Assembly: GCA_000146045.2 (NCBI GenBank)
Contig: BK006945.2
Location: 800,001-864,000 of the forward strand
Direction of reading: 5' to 3'
DNA length: 64,000 bases
Origin: TPA_inf: Saccharomyces
Taxonomy: Eukaryota
This document shows, piece by piece, positions 1 through 16,093 of this stretch. Position 1 is the first letter of the stretch. Each line of letters begins with the position of its first letter. The notes under the pieces were generated by a model. The model did no database searches and was not told the origin of the DNA. It saw only the letters and a list, made by a program, of their open reading frames with translations. Made by a program: the position numbers and the translations under genes.

Positions 1-2396
1 TGAAATAGCAATATCTCCATAAATAACATCCCTTCTGTGTTTAATCCACCCATAAATGGAACATGCTTGAAAACATCTAATTTCAAAATGTCATTAGCAA
101 GCAACGATCCAAAAAATCTCCCCTGATTTGAGATGCGAAGCAGTTTTTCTTTATCATCTAAATCATCTTCTTCGTCAGTATCGCTTTCAGAATCGAATTC
201 TTTGTCTTCAAATTTTTTTATCACATCCCAGAATAGGAATTGAAACGACTTCGATAAATGGCTATACCTTTCACATATTTTGTTCGCGACCAATGCGTAG
301 TAATGATTATAACCATTGGATCCACTATCAGCCAAAAGACAATGTAAAACAATTCTTGGAATTTCAAGAACTTGCTTATTTTTCAAGCTTAACTTTTCAA
401 GTTTACTAAATGCATCCAGGTAATCTTGTGCAGACATAATACTTATAAATATAGCCCTTCGAATGTCAGTATTCATACGCTGTTGTCTGGCGATAATATT
501 CCAATCTGGAATATCATCAAGAAGATCATCCTCGATTGAAATTTTAGATTTCTTGGACTTGCTGGCATCATTTTCATTATTGATCGAAACTTCAAAAGCA
601 TTTTCCATGTTTCCTCGCCAAGAAGCACCAACCAGCCACCATTTCCCCTTGGAATCAATGTTTTTAATGTCTTCCAGAGAAACCTGTAAAGGCTCCCAAG
701 AAGAAGAAGAATTCAAAATGCTTTGCAAGTTTTTCTTTAATGGATGATGATCAGTCGCCAAAATAGAAGGCTTTAACCTGTTGTTTTTCAAGTCAGACAT
801 GGTATCCATTAAAAATCTCAATCTTGGGCTCTGCTCTTTTAAATTCTTGGCGTTCTTCAACAGTTCTGATCGTATATCTCTCAGGGCGGATGGATCATCA
901 CCCCGGATCAGTTGTCCTGAAATCGATATAATTCGTAAAAGTAACTCAGTAGTGAATTCATTAGGATCTGCTACAAATATTCGAATAATGTCATAGATTA
1001 AGCGACACGAAACAAATCCAAAATTATAACAATACGATAGTAAGGTTGCAATATTGATGCATATTTTAGAGGAAATTTTGCTCTGCTGATCCTTTAATAT
1101 ATTTTCCATTTCCTCTTCGTAATGATGCAGAAATGCCTCTACCGTTTTTTGAATGAAAAAAGCACCCACCTCAATACCTCTTAGTTTTGATAATGTATAC
1201 GCAAGAGCAGCATAATTCATTATAAATCCGTCCAACAACTTCTGATTTTGGCTTATAATATTCAATATCCCTTTCGTTAACGATTCTGTAACGTACTGCC
1301 TAGGCAGGGAATCATACAATCTGTTTAAATCAGTGATAATAATAGTAATATTGGAGTCTGAAAGCTTATTCAAAGAGGAGTTGACCTTCTTGCTAATTTC
1401 AGACAAAGTACTATTGTTTTCACTATCATCCAATTTCTTTCTCAGTGATGGGGGAACATAGCTCTCTACAGATTGTGTGGGAGCTACATAGGGATTTTCC
1501 TTTTCTCTTCTATAATTATCATCCGAGTCCGCAACGCTGTCGTTATCAGATTCACTAAGCCCATCTGAGTCTTCAAAATCAGAAGCTGAAAGATCATCAT
1601 CCGAGGAAAATGCTTTCTCGCTTGCTTCATCATCTTTTCTCATAGAATTAGTTTCTGTGGCAAAATCTCCATACTCTTCGTCACTTTTGCCATAATTTTC
1701 AAAGTATTCCAAACCTTCAAGAAGTCCACCAATAGCATCAAATTCATCTTTTGCATGTATAGCCTTCCTTTCTCCTTTCAAGCCCAACTTTTTTGCGTAA
1801 TATTGCATGTCCATCTCGTCCCTTTCAAACGCTGATCTGTCTGAAGGGGCCAGCGGATAACTCACAAAATTCTCATTTGTATCTCTGTTACGAATATGTT
1901 TCTTTTCATATGAGTTACCTTTTATTTCTCCCGAGTTTTCAGCTCCTTGTATACCCTTTGCTTTCCGTTTCAATGATTCTAGTTTTTTCATTGTTTCTTC
2001 CGCAGACATTGCCTGCTCACCGCTTTCTTCTGCTACTTCATCAGTAAGCACTTCGTCACTATCCCAGTTTTCATTACTTTCTGATTCATCTGAAGAAATC
2101 GGATTTTTACCGTTAGCCTGCTTGCCTACGTTTTTCACACCTGCATTAGCACTCCTCTTTTCGGACGTTGGTGCTGATTTTAGCCGGCTGGAATTGATTT
2201 CTCTAGTTGATATAATTTTACGTTTCTTGTCGGCCCGTTCCATCTTTCTCTTTTCTTTACGGCTTAAATGTTTGCCATTTCCTCGTCTTCTCTTTTTTCC
2301 TTCTGAAATAGAAAACCTTTCATCTTGACTGTAGTCAAGAGTCTTCAACTCGTCCAAAATAACGCCTGGAATTCTAATACCATCTGTTTTTTGCAT
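1..2396 (-). CDS. SGD1: SGD1 (YLR336C), N-terminal part only; the C-terminus runs off the left edge of the window
   Basis: Minus-strand ATG is the + strand CAT at 2394-2396. Its reverse-complement translation starts MQKTDGIRIPGVILDELKTLDYSQDERFSISEGKKRRRGNGKHLSRKEKRKMERADKKRK and stays open to position 1. With no in-window stop it is absent from the ORF track. The sequence matches my memory of the Sgd1 N-terminus and the gene order upstream of VRP1. Confidence 0.8.
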   Translation of the reverse strand, partial: MQKTDGIRIPGVILDELKTLDYSQDERFSISEGKKRRRGNGKHLSRKEKRKMERADKKRKIISTREINSSRLKSAPTSEKRSANAGVKNVGKQANGKNPISSDESESNENWDSDEVLTDEVAEESGEQAMSAEETMKKLESLKRKAKGIQGAENSGEIKGNSYEKKHIRNRDTNENFVSYPLAPSDRSAFERDEMDMQYYAKKLGLKGERKAIHAKDEFDAIGGLLEGLEYFENYGKSDEEYGDFATETNSMRKDDEASEKAFSSDDDLSASDFEDSDGLSESDNDSVADSDDNYRREKENPYVAPTQSVESYVPPSLRKKLDDSENNSTLSEISKKVNSSLNKLSDSNITIIITDLNRLYDSLPRQYVTESLTKGILNIISQNQKLLDGFIMNYAALAYTLSKLRGIEVGAFFIQKTVEAFLHHYEEEMENILKDQQSKISSKICINIATLLSYCYNFGFVSCRLIYDIIRIFVADPNEFTTELLLRIISISGQLIRGDDPSALRDIRSELLKNAKNLKEQSPRLRFLMDTMSDLKNNRLKPSILATDHHPLKKNLQSILNSSSSWEPLQVSLEDIKNIDSKGKWWLVGASWRGNMENAFEVSINNENDASKSKKSKISIEDDLLDDIPDWNIIARQQRMNTDIRRAIFISIMSAQDYLDAFSKLEKLSLKNKQVLEIPRIVLHCLLADSGSNGYNHYYALVANKICERYSHLSKSFQFLFWDVIKKFEDKEFDSESDTDEEDDLDDKEKLLRISNQGRFFGSLLANDILKLDVFKHVPFMGGLNTEGMLFMEILLF

Positions 2397-2652
2397 TGCC
2401 TCAATATTCTGCAGCTGTGGACTGGCTATCTTTAGTTAAGATGAGGCTTCGTAAGTAAGTTCAGTAGTCTTGTAAGCTCATCGCATTTTTTTTTTTTTGC
2501 TGGATTTTATATTTTTCACAGCGAAAAGGACGGGAAGCTAAAAGATTAAAAAATAAATATTGCAGATACCATATGTAATTTAGTAAAATATTTTTATAAA
2601 ATATTATTATTTTCTTGTTCTTCAGTGATTTATTGTAACCATGGAGAAATGC

Positions 2653-5106
2653 TCACGTAAATAATGTTAAGTCCAATGGCACACTACTACCCTTTCCACT
2701 TGGATACAGTTTTGTTTTATTTTGAAAGGGACGTGGCTTAGGCATTTGTGACACATTAGTCCATTTAAATCTTGAATCATCTATAACAATTCTTTCATTT
2801 CCAGATTTGGCCCCAACGATAGAATTCGATCCCCCTATCGTATACCTACCTACATCAACATCTGGTTGATTTGTATGCGTATTATGCTTGTGTTGCAGCG
2901 TCGATCCACCTGTAGAAAATAACCGTTGTTTAAGGTTTTTACTGGGGCTATTAGAGGTACCGGTATCCATCGTAGATGGACTTGGTGGTGGGGGTGGCGA
3001 CTTAGTGGGGTTCTTCGAAATTGATTCAGTTTCGGTACGAACGGAAAGTGTAGGCGCAACAGGAGGAGGTGATGGTATTGATGTAGACACGGATTGCTGA
3101 GGCAGACTTGGTGCACTAAATGTTGGCAATGGCGGAGCAGCTGCAACAGGAGGAGAAGGAGGTTTTTCGAGATTCGAGGAGGGAAGAACATCGTGTAATA
3201 AAGAAGCGGCGGGGACATTATTCTTGCTATCATCTGATAAAACTGGTGGAACTGGTGGAGGTGGAACGTGTCCAGGCAGTGCAGGGGCCTTTGCTTTTTT
3301 CATCCCTAACACAGTCTCACTCTTATCATTGGTGTGGTCATCACCTGATGCAGTTGGAGTCGGTAGCGATGTTATAGGAGGAGGAGGTGCACTAGGAGGC
3401 AAAGGAGGCGCCATAGCATCCGTATGGGGGGGTGGTGCGTTAAAAGCATTCGATGATGTTTGCTTATGTAATTTGGATTCAATTTCATCCAGAAACGACA
3501 TACCATTTTGGCTACTCTGTTTAGGCGGGTTTATAGATGGAGAAATAGGAGAAGGTCTTACGTTATCATCCTTAGATGAACCTATTACATCCTCTTGTTT
3601 ATCTTGGGTAGTGTATCCAGTATCACCACCAACCACGAATCTATCATCTCTCTTCTTTTGGATCTCAGCAAGAAATGGTAAGGGTCCCCCAGGTGTTACG
3701 GCCGAGGAAGAACTGGATGAAGATATTTTGGATTGCTTACTGGACGCTGAGGGTTTGTTTGTCGTGAGTGTTGGAGGAGGAGGAGGAGCCGATGGTACTG
3801 ACGTTGCAACCGAAGGAGGAGGAGGAGGTGGTAGTGGTGCTAAAGGAATAGATGATGCTGACAAGGCAGAGGATGTTGAAAAAGCACCAGGTGGTGGGGG
3901 AGGAGGAGGTGGTGGCGCGGGCATTGACGATGCTTTGTTAGGAGGAACTGATGTAGTATTTGGTAACGGTGGTGCTAAAGTTGGGGGAACCGGGGTTGCT
4001 TTTACGCTGTTAGTCGACGCAGAGCTCATGGCTGCTGGTAGTGGTGGTGGAGGCGGAGCTGGAGCTGAAGTTGCTTTTTTAGGTGCAGAGGTCACATTTG
4101 GTAACGATGGTGGAGGTGGTGCAGTAGGCGGTAATGGCGGAGCATGTGATGTAGGAATGGGCGGAGCAGATGATGGAAGTGGTGGTTGTGAAGGAGATTT
4201 ATGATTTTCGGTTTGAATCTTTGTGGAAGAAACGCCCTCGACGGCTCCTCGTTCAGACCTCCTGGCATTAATTTCTGCCAAAAATGGCAACCCGCCTGCA
4301 GGAACTTCAGAAGATGGTGGTGAGACTGCGTTATCTGTAGGTTTAATGTTTTTTGAGTCCAGGCCAATTGTTGGAGTTGGGGGAGGGGGTGGAGCTTGTG
4401 GAGGGTTGCTAACATGTGTTGGCAGAGACGCTGAAGGCAAAGGGGGTGCTGACACACTAGGAAGAGAAATATTAGAGCTTTTTCTTTGGTGGCTTCTGTG
4501 TGCTGGCCTTACTGAAGGCATATGCGGTCTATTTTGCGGTACCTTTGGAGCAGAGGCACCTGATAATGGAAGCGGTGGTGCTGGAGATGATGGTACAATG
4601 GGAATAGGAGGGGCCGCAGAAGATGGAATATCAGGAATTGGAGGTGCAGAAGACGAGGGAATACTAGGAACAGCGGGTGCTGGTGATAATGGTGCATTAG
4701 GAATGGGGGGAGCCGCAACAGATGGCACCGCGCCCGGAATTGGCGGTGCGCTCGCCGATGGAGAGGGTTTAGTGCTTGCATTGTTATTGATATGTTTTAA
4801 CTTCGGTATACCTCCAGCTAAAATATCGCCCAACTGCGGAGCGCCCATCCCAGGGATTGGAGGAGCTGACATAGAGGGTCCTTTACTACTGACGGTACCA
4901 GAACTTCCTGAGGCCGATGAAACGACACCACCTCCCACGATTGGGGCACTTCTATCATTGGTCTCAGCTTTCTTTAGTTTCATTCCCTTTCTAATGTCAC
5001 CTAACAGGGCGTCACGGCCCTGCATCACAGATTTTGCCGGTTTAGGAGCACTACCACCTAATGCTGGTGGAGGCGGTGGAGGAGGAGGAGCTGGAGCACC
5101 TGCCAT
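2653..5106 (-). CDS. VRP1: Verprolin, a proline-rich actin-associated protein, 817 aa
   Basis: 817-aa ORF with extreme Pro content (PPPPPPPP, APPIP, PPLP repeats) and WH2-like motifs (GRDALLGDIRKGMKLKK, LPFLAEI). Length and composition match yeast verprolin. Confidence 0.93.
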   Translation of the reverse strand: MAGAPAPPPPPPPPALGGSAPKPAKSVMQGRDALLGDIRKGMKLKKAETNDRSAPIVGGGVVSSASGSSGTVSSKGPSMSAPPIPGMGAPQLGDILAGGIPKLKHINNNASTKPSPSASAPPIPGAVPSVAAPPIPNAPLSPAPAVPSIPSSSAPPIPDIPSSAAPPIPIVPSSPAPPLPLSGASAPKVPQNRPHMPSVRPAHRSHQRKSSNISLPSVSAPPLPSASLPTHVSNPPQAPPPPPTPTIGLDSKNIKPTDNAVSPPSSEVPAGGLPFLAEINARRSERGAVEGVSSTKIQTENHKSPSQPPLPSSAPPIPTSHAPPLPPTAPPPPSLPNVTSAPKKATSAPAPPPPPLPAAMSSASTNSVKATPVPPTLAPPLPNTTSVPPNKASSMPAPPPPPPPPPGAFSTSSALSASSIPLAPLPPPPPPSVATSVPSAPPPPPTLTTNKPSASSKQSKISSSSSSSAVTPGGPLPFLAEIQKKRDDRFVVGGDTGYTTQDKQEDVIGSSKDDNVRPSPISPSINPPKQSSQNGMSFLDEIESKLHKQTSSNAFNAPPPHTDAMAPPLPPSAPPPPITSLPTPTASGDDHTNDKSETVLGMKKAKAPALPGHVPPPPVPPVLSDDSKNNVPAASLLHDVLPSSNLEKPPSPPVAAAPPLPTFSAPSLPQQSVSTSIPSPPPVAPTLSVRTETESISKNPTKSPPPPPSPSTMDTGTSNSPSKNLKQRLFSTGGSTLQHKHNTHTNQPDVDVGRYTIGGSNSIVGAKSGNERIVIDDSRFKWTNVSQMPKPRPFQNKTKLYPSGKGSSVPLDLTLFT

Positions 5107-5886
5107 TTCAACAATTCGTTATATATATGGTAGGCTTCTTCAACAAACGGTTGTGCGCTTTTTAGTCGTATGCTTTGTCTCATATCAAAAACTTTCTTCA
5201 TAAGTTTATAATTTTAGATTTTGTTCAAGTATTTACTGACTGTGCGGATTATTCTTAAGGCCCCTATTTGAGGACGGCGGCCGCACCCGTAAGCAGTGAC
5301 TAGGTTATGAACATTTCATTCTTTCTAAAGACGCTTTTAGCAAGCTTCATACAGGATAGTAGGATTTGAAGGCTAACATTGTGATTCCATCCTCTGTCAA
5401 TGTTTCGTAACTTGAATATTTGCGACTTTTTCCATCTTTTGTGAGCTAAAATTTTTATCTTGCCCTTGTAATTTGAACTTAAAAGAGAATACAGCAATGT
5501 AGCGGACAAACCGAACATTGAAATTACCATTTTAATTGTAACTTATCTTGAAGGAGTTCCATACCGTATGTTATCAAGATACTTCTCAGGGCAATATCTA
5601 CATTTACATATTTGCCTGCTTAACATCCGAACATTTCACATTTTGATTATTTCGAGAAAAAAGTCAAAAAATTTCTCAAAGAAAAAAGAAGTAATGCCGA
5701 ACTGAGAGTGAATGCATCACATCGTTGCGAAAAACTGGTAAAAAATGACTTCAAGTTATAAGTAAATGAAAGATTAACAATATCTAATTCTCGATTCTTT
5801 TTTCAAGTTTCAGCCATAAGATACATAAGCGGAATACCTTTAAACATCCTGCAAACAGTCTAATAAATACGTATAATAAGTTTGAA

Positions 5887-6825
5887 ATGGGAGGCATTCG
5901 TGAAAAGAAAGCTGAATACTTTGCTAAATTAAGAGAATACTTGGAAGAATACAAGTCTTTGTTCGTTGTTGGTGTTGACAATGTTTCTTCCCAACAAATG
6001 CACGAAGTCAGAAAGGAATTGAGAGGCAGAGCTGTCGTCTTGATGGGTAAGAACACCATGGTTAGAAGAGCCATCAGAGGTTTCTTATCCGACTTGCCAG
6101 ACTTCGAAAAGTTGTTGCCTTTTGTCAAAGGTAACGTTGGTTTCGTTTTCACTAACGAACCATTGACTGAAATCAAGAACGTTATTGTCTCTAACAGAGT
6201 TGCTGCTCCAGCCAGAGCTGGTGCCGTTGCTCCAGAAGACATCTGGGTTAGAGCCGTCAACACTGGTATGGAACCAGGTAAGACTTCTTTCTTCCAAGCT
6301 TTGGGTGTCCCAACCAAGATTGCCAGAGGTACCATTGAAATTGTTTCTGATGTCAAGGTCGTTGACGCCGGTAACAAGGTCGGTCAATCTGAAGCTTCCT
6401 TGTTGAACTTGTTGAACATCTCTCCATTCACTTTCGGTTTGACTGTTGTTCAAGTTTACGACAACGGTCAAGTGTTCCCATCTTCTATCTTGGATATCAC
6501 CGATGAAGAATTGGTTTCTCACTTCGTTTCCGCTGTCAGCACCATTGCTTCTATCTCTTTGGCTATTGGTTACCCAACCTTGCCATCTGTCGGTCACACT
6601 TTGATCAACAACTACAAGGACTTGTTAGCTGTTGCCATTGCTGCTTCCTACCACTACCCTGAAATTGAAGATTTGGTTGACAGAATTGAAAACCCAGAAA
6701 AGTACGCTGCTGCTGCTCCAGCTGCTACCTCCGCTGCTTCCGGTGACGCTGCTCCAGCTGAAGAAGCTGCTGCTGAAGAAGAAGAAGAATCTGATGACGA
6801 CATGGGTTTCGGTTTATTCGATTAA
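5887..6825 (+). CDS. RPP0: 60S acidic ribosomal stalk protein P0, 312 aa
   Basis: 312-aa ORF with strong yeast highly-expressed codon bias. Acidic C-terminus [16 protein letters not shown] is typical of P0/P1/P2 proteins. Confidence 0.95.
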   Translation: MGGIREKKAEYFAKLREYLEEYKSLFVVGVDNVSSQQMHEVRKELRGRAVVLMGKNTMVRRAIRGFLSDLPDFEKLLPFVKGNVGFVFTNEPLTEIKNVIVSNRVAAPARAGAVAPEDIWVRAVNTGMEPGKTSFFQALGVPTKIARGTIEIVSDVKVVDAGNKVGQSEASLLNLLNISPFTFGLTVVQVYDNGQVFPSSILDITDEELVSHFVSAVSTIASISLAIGYPTLPSVGHTLINNYKDLLAVAIAASYHYPEIEDLVDRIENPEKYAAAAPAATSAASGDAAPAEEAAAEEEEESDDDMGFGLFD

Positions 6826-7384
6826 GAAGTGCAACATGAATTATTAAGTTAATTTCATATATACTATTTTATAATTAAATAACATTAATCCTCATTGATT
6901 CATTTTATTCATGATAATGTACTGTCCGGTTCCTTGCGCTAGCCTGAGTTAGTCTCCGAATACCTGGCGATTTTCATATATTCTGAGCGGCTCTGGACAC
7001 CTAACTGGATAAAAATACTTCCACTTAATGTAGTTTGGTTTTCTAGTTCATACGGACTATTTCAAAGTTCATGATTTGATGAGAGAAAGTAGCTATACTA
7101 TCTTCCCAATTTACGCTTGTCTCTGAACAAAGGTTTTTATCCTTTATATGCTTATTGAAATACTGAGAATACCAAAAGTTGTCTTTTTCTCTACTATCGC
7201 TTGATTCTTTCAAGACGTCGGATATAAGAAATGTCACAAAATCAAAAATAGCTGCGAGGAAATAATGAAGAAAAGTAAAAGACGAAACTACTGCTTCGAT
7301 GAGAGGTGAGCAGAAGCTCCCATAAAAAAAAAAACCTATCTTGCAGTATTTCTATGTTCCTTAAGAGATCAATAGAAGTAGAAT

Positions 7385-8818
7385 ATGTTTCGAAGGGGAG
7401 ATAATTCAAATTTTAACGTACAAAATAGCTTCTTTCTTCCTTTGGAATACGAATATACCGTAAAAGATAATGTACCTTCAAAAAAAAAGAGTAGTATAGG
7501 TTTTTTTCCATTAGATGATTCTTTATTCACATCAAAAAACAATTCAGGGCACCATAAAAGCGAACAGCTCCATCGCGGTAATGCAGAAACTATCAGAAGC
7601 CAGTTTGGAACTGACGCAGTTCCGATAAGGATCGATGAGAAAGAAGGAAAGTGGGATAGAATTCAAGATGATAATTCTTCTAATTTAAACTACCAAATTA
7701 ACAACAGTAATGACCCAGCTTCGAGTGGTAAATATACCCAGAGTATTGACTGTAACCATATAGCGGAGTCAAAATTTTCAAAAAAAAATGGAAACATTGA
7801 TAGTCTTCGTTCAAACTCAGCAACTTTTATGCTAAATACTGCAGATGAAGACGTGATAGAATTTAGTTTTGACGATAATGTCCCTTATGCTGAGTTATTA
7901 TCTGGTGCCACCCTTGAAAAATGTTCGTTGACTCTAAATGAAATAAACAAAAAACTATTCAATACGCTCTATGACTTTCGAGTAAGCAAAGATAATCCCG
8001 AAGAAAATTTGGTAGAACTAATACTTCCGAACTGCGTGGTGTTATTAAACTTTTTTGAAGACATTGAACTCTTGGCCGACTCTTCTGATGAGGCTTTCGA
8101 AAAATCTACTTTCATTAACACAATTGAGTTCATTGTGCACGATATTTGGGTCGAAACGTTGATAAAGAACATAAACTTATTACAAATGTTTGATGCAGAT
8201 TTGAAATGCTACAATGACAAGTACATAATTTGCAAGCTAAAGGGTCAGTATCCCTCCACAAATATAGTGGACATAATGTGCCGTTTGAAGCATTTTTCCA
8301 ATTCTATTTTGGAAACTTTCAAATTCGGAATCGAGCTAAAAGAACAAGATCAATGCCACAATAGAAACACTATTATCAACTACGTTCTTTTCAGTAGAGT
8401 ATTTTCAACGATTGTTTTAGAGATTCAAAAATGCTTTATCTTGATCGTTAAGTTCATGTATTCTGTCAATTTTTTAGAAAAATTTTCCGATGAAGTATTT
8501 TTGTCATTTATTGAAATTCTCATAAAAATTGTCTTTGAGCACCAGATTCCGCAGTTATTTTTGGGAATTGATGAAATTATTCAACTCTGGTTAAAGAACA
8601 ATGAAGGAAAACGGCAACAACTCTTGAGCGCTTGGTGCAACGGAACTGTTCAAGATATGAAGCAAAGCCAACAAAGAGAGTCCTCAAACGCAGAATCTGA
8701 ATCAATCACTTCAAGTACAGAAGAGGACGAAGAAGGCCTCCAATTCAATAAATGGGATGTGATTGAACCATTTATTGATAATATCAAGGCTTTGAATCAA
8801 TCAAAATCCCATATGTGA
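7385..8818 (+). CDS. SPO77: Meiosis/sporulation-specific protein, 477 aa (YLR341W)
   Basis: 477-aa ORF with no recognisable domain. Assigned from position between RPP0 and FKS1 and from matching length. The assignment comes from recalled gene order, not from the sequence. Confidence 0.65.
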   Translation: MFRRGDNSNFNVQNSFFLPLEYEYTVKDNVPSKKKSSIGFFPLDDSLFTSKNNSGHHKSEQLHRGNAETIRSQFGTDAVPIRIDEKEGKWDRIQDDNSSNLNYQINNSNDPASSGKYTQSIDCNHIAESKFSKKNGNIDSLRSNSATFMLNTADEDVIEFSFDDNVPYAELLSGATLEKCSLTLNEINKKLFNTLYDFRVSKDNPEENLVELILPNCVVLLNFFEDIELLADSSDEAFEKSTFINTIEFIVHDIWVETLIKNINLLQMFDADLKCYNDKYIICKLKGQYPSTNIVDIMCRLKHFSNSILETFKFGIELKEQDQCHNRNTIINYVLFSRVFSTIVLEIQKCFILIVKFMYSVNFLEKFSDEVFLSFIEILIKIVFEHQIPQLFLGIDEIIQLWLKNNEGKRQQLLSAWCNGTVQDMKQSQQRESSNAESESITSSTEEDEEGLQFNKWDVIEPFIDNIKALNQSKSHM

Positions 8819-9359
8819 CGCAGCGATAAAACCGCGGCATGCAAACATCTACACAATTAGCAAGGGCAATCCATATTTTGTCTTTTCGCGCCCTGGAAAG
8901 GCCTAAGTAATGTCGTAAACGCATTCTATCTGTACTTCAACTCTCCTCTGTGCATTGGTTTGTGCAAATCACATTTTACGATACTGCCAGATTTATGCAA
9001 AAAGAGAAAACCAAGGGACCAGAACAAAGCAAAATTACGATAAACTTCGAATTCCTTCGTGCTTGACTAAGACAAAGGGATGGACGTAGCGATTTTTAGC
9101 GGGCCAAGAACTGGTTCCGAAAAAGCACAGGTACACCGAACCCTCAGCTAAGGAGGGACAGCACCGATGCGGAAGGACAAACTTTCTTTTTGCCTATCAC
9201 AGTATCTTATCGAGCTAACTATTTTCGACACACATGAAAAAGCAGAAATATTAACGAAAAAGAAAAGAAAGACCATGTCATGTACGGGCAATCAGAATCT
9301 GTAACAAGCGCCATTTTTTTTTCTGTATCGGGCCCTCCTTACTGCTCTCCTTCCGTGTA

Positions 9360-9502
9360 ACGCGTTATGAAACTCTAATCCTACTATCGGCGACTCTCTC
9401 GAAATTTTTCTTAACGCGTCCTTGTACTGCGTCTAACGCTTTTGCCACTTGGATTTCTATTATAGGAAATAGTCTCACTTACTGGGCGACGAATTTTCGC
9501 GT
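9360..9502. promoter_or_regulatory. Cluster of MluI cell-cycle box (MCB, ACGCGT/ACGCGAAA) motifs 500-640 bp upstream of FKS1
   Basis: ACGCGT at 9360-9365 and 9414-9419. TTTCGCGT at 9495-9502 is the reverse complement of ACGCGAAA. ACGCGC at 9561-9566. FKS1 transcription is periodic at G1/S. Confidence 0.4.
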
Positions 9503-9963
9503 TTTGATGAAGCACAGGAAGAATTTCTTTTTTTTTTGGCTTCTTCTGGTTCCGTTTTTTACGCGCACAAATCTAAAAAAAGAAATAATTATAACCTAGT
9601 CTCGAAAATTTTCATCGATCCATTCGTTCCTTTTTTTCGATTTTTTCAGATCAAAATTCTTGTTTCTTTCTTTGTCTTAGTTTATATTAAAAGATATTTT
9701 GATTTTACTCCTGAACTATTTATTCTTTCTAAGAAGGCCAGAACACTACAGCTGTTTTAACCGACTACGAAGTTCTCCATTCTCGAACACTAGCCTTCAT
9801 TTACCAAACAGGAACTAGCGTATATCATTAGTCCTTATTCGAAAAGAGATTGGTAGATATTTATTGTAGTTTGTGAGAAGGAGAAAATACTGTCATTGGA
9901 CTGATAGTTAGAGGACATTAACCTCTCTTACGTTCGCTCAAAAAAATTAAAATAAGCAAGTAG

Positions 9964-15627
<5,664 letters not shown>

Positions 15628-16093
15628 TACAATCAATACTTGCTTGAACGCTTGATTTTACTGATATTCTATCCAAAAGCAAGTAGACCAGAAACTCTCA
15701 AGATGTTGCAAATACCGTTCGATGTTTTTGGTTTAGATTGTTTTAATGTTGATGCTTTTTTACTTATTTTTGGAAGCGTCTTTTTAATTTAGTTTTATAT
15801 TATAGGTATATGAATGTGTTTATGCCAATAAGGGTTTTTTTGTACAGTTATGTGATTATAAACAGTCTTTTGTCTAGTTTTTTTCACCAGTATCGGCCTC
15901 TATTTATAAAAAACGGAGCAGCTTTCGGTGTCAGTAATTCTGAAAAAATTTGTGTCACTCTGATTGTAAATGAATTAATTTAGCTAGATAGTTGCGAGCC
16001 CCAACGAGAAGATTGTCAGACAAAGACAACATTCAACAACCTACATCCGTTACTATTCGTTAACTCGAGGTACTTGAAACTTTTCAGTTAAGT

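Noticed and set aside
3224-5203. Two 326-aa Gly-rich ORFs on the + strand inside VRP1
   Set aside because: They are the antisense of CCN proline codons in a well-supported 817-aa gene. They are compositionally trivial, have no start context and no independent support. A dubious ORF (YLR338W/OPI9-like) may be annotated here, but I do not consider it coding.
5784-6597. Minus-strand ORFs of 197 and 170 aa antisense to RPP0
   Set aside because: They lie fully within a highly expressed ribosomal protein gene with strong codon bias on the opposite strand. Typical spurious antisense ORFs, possibly corresponding to a dubious YLR339C.
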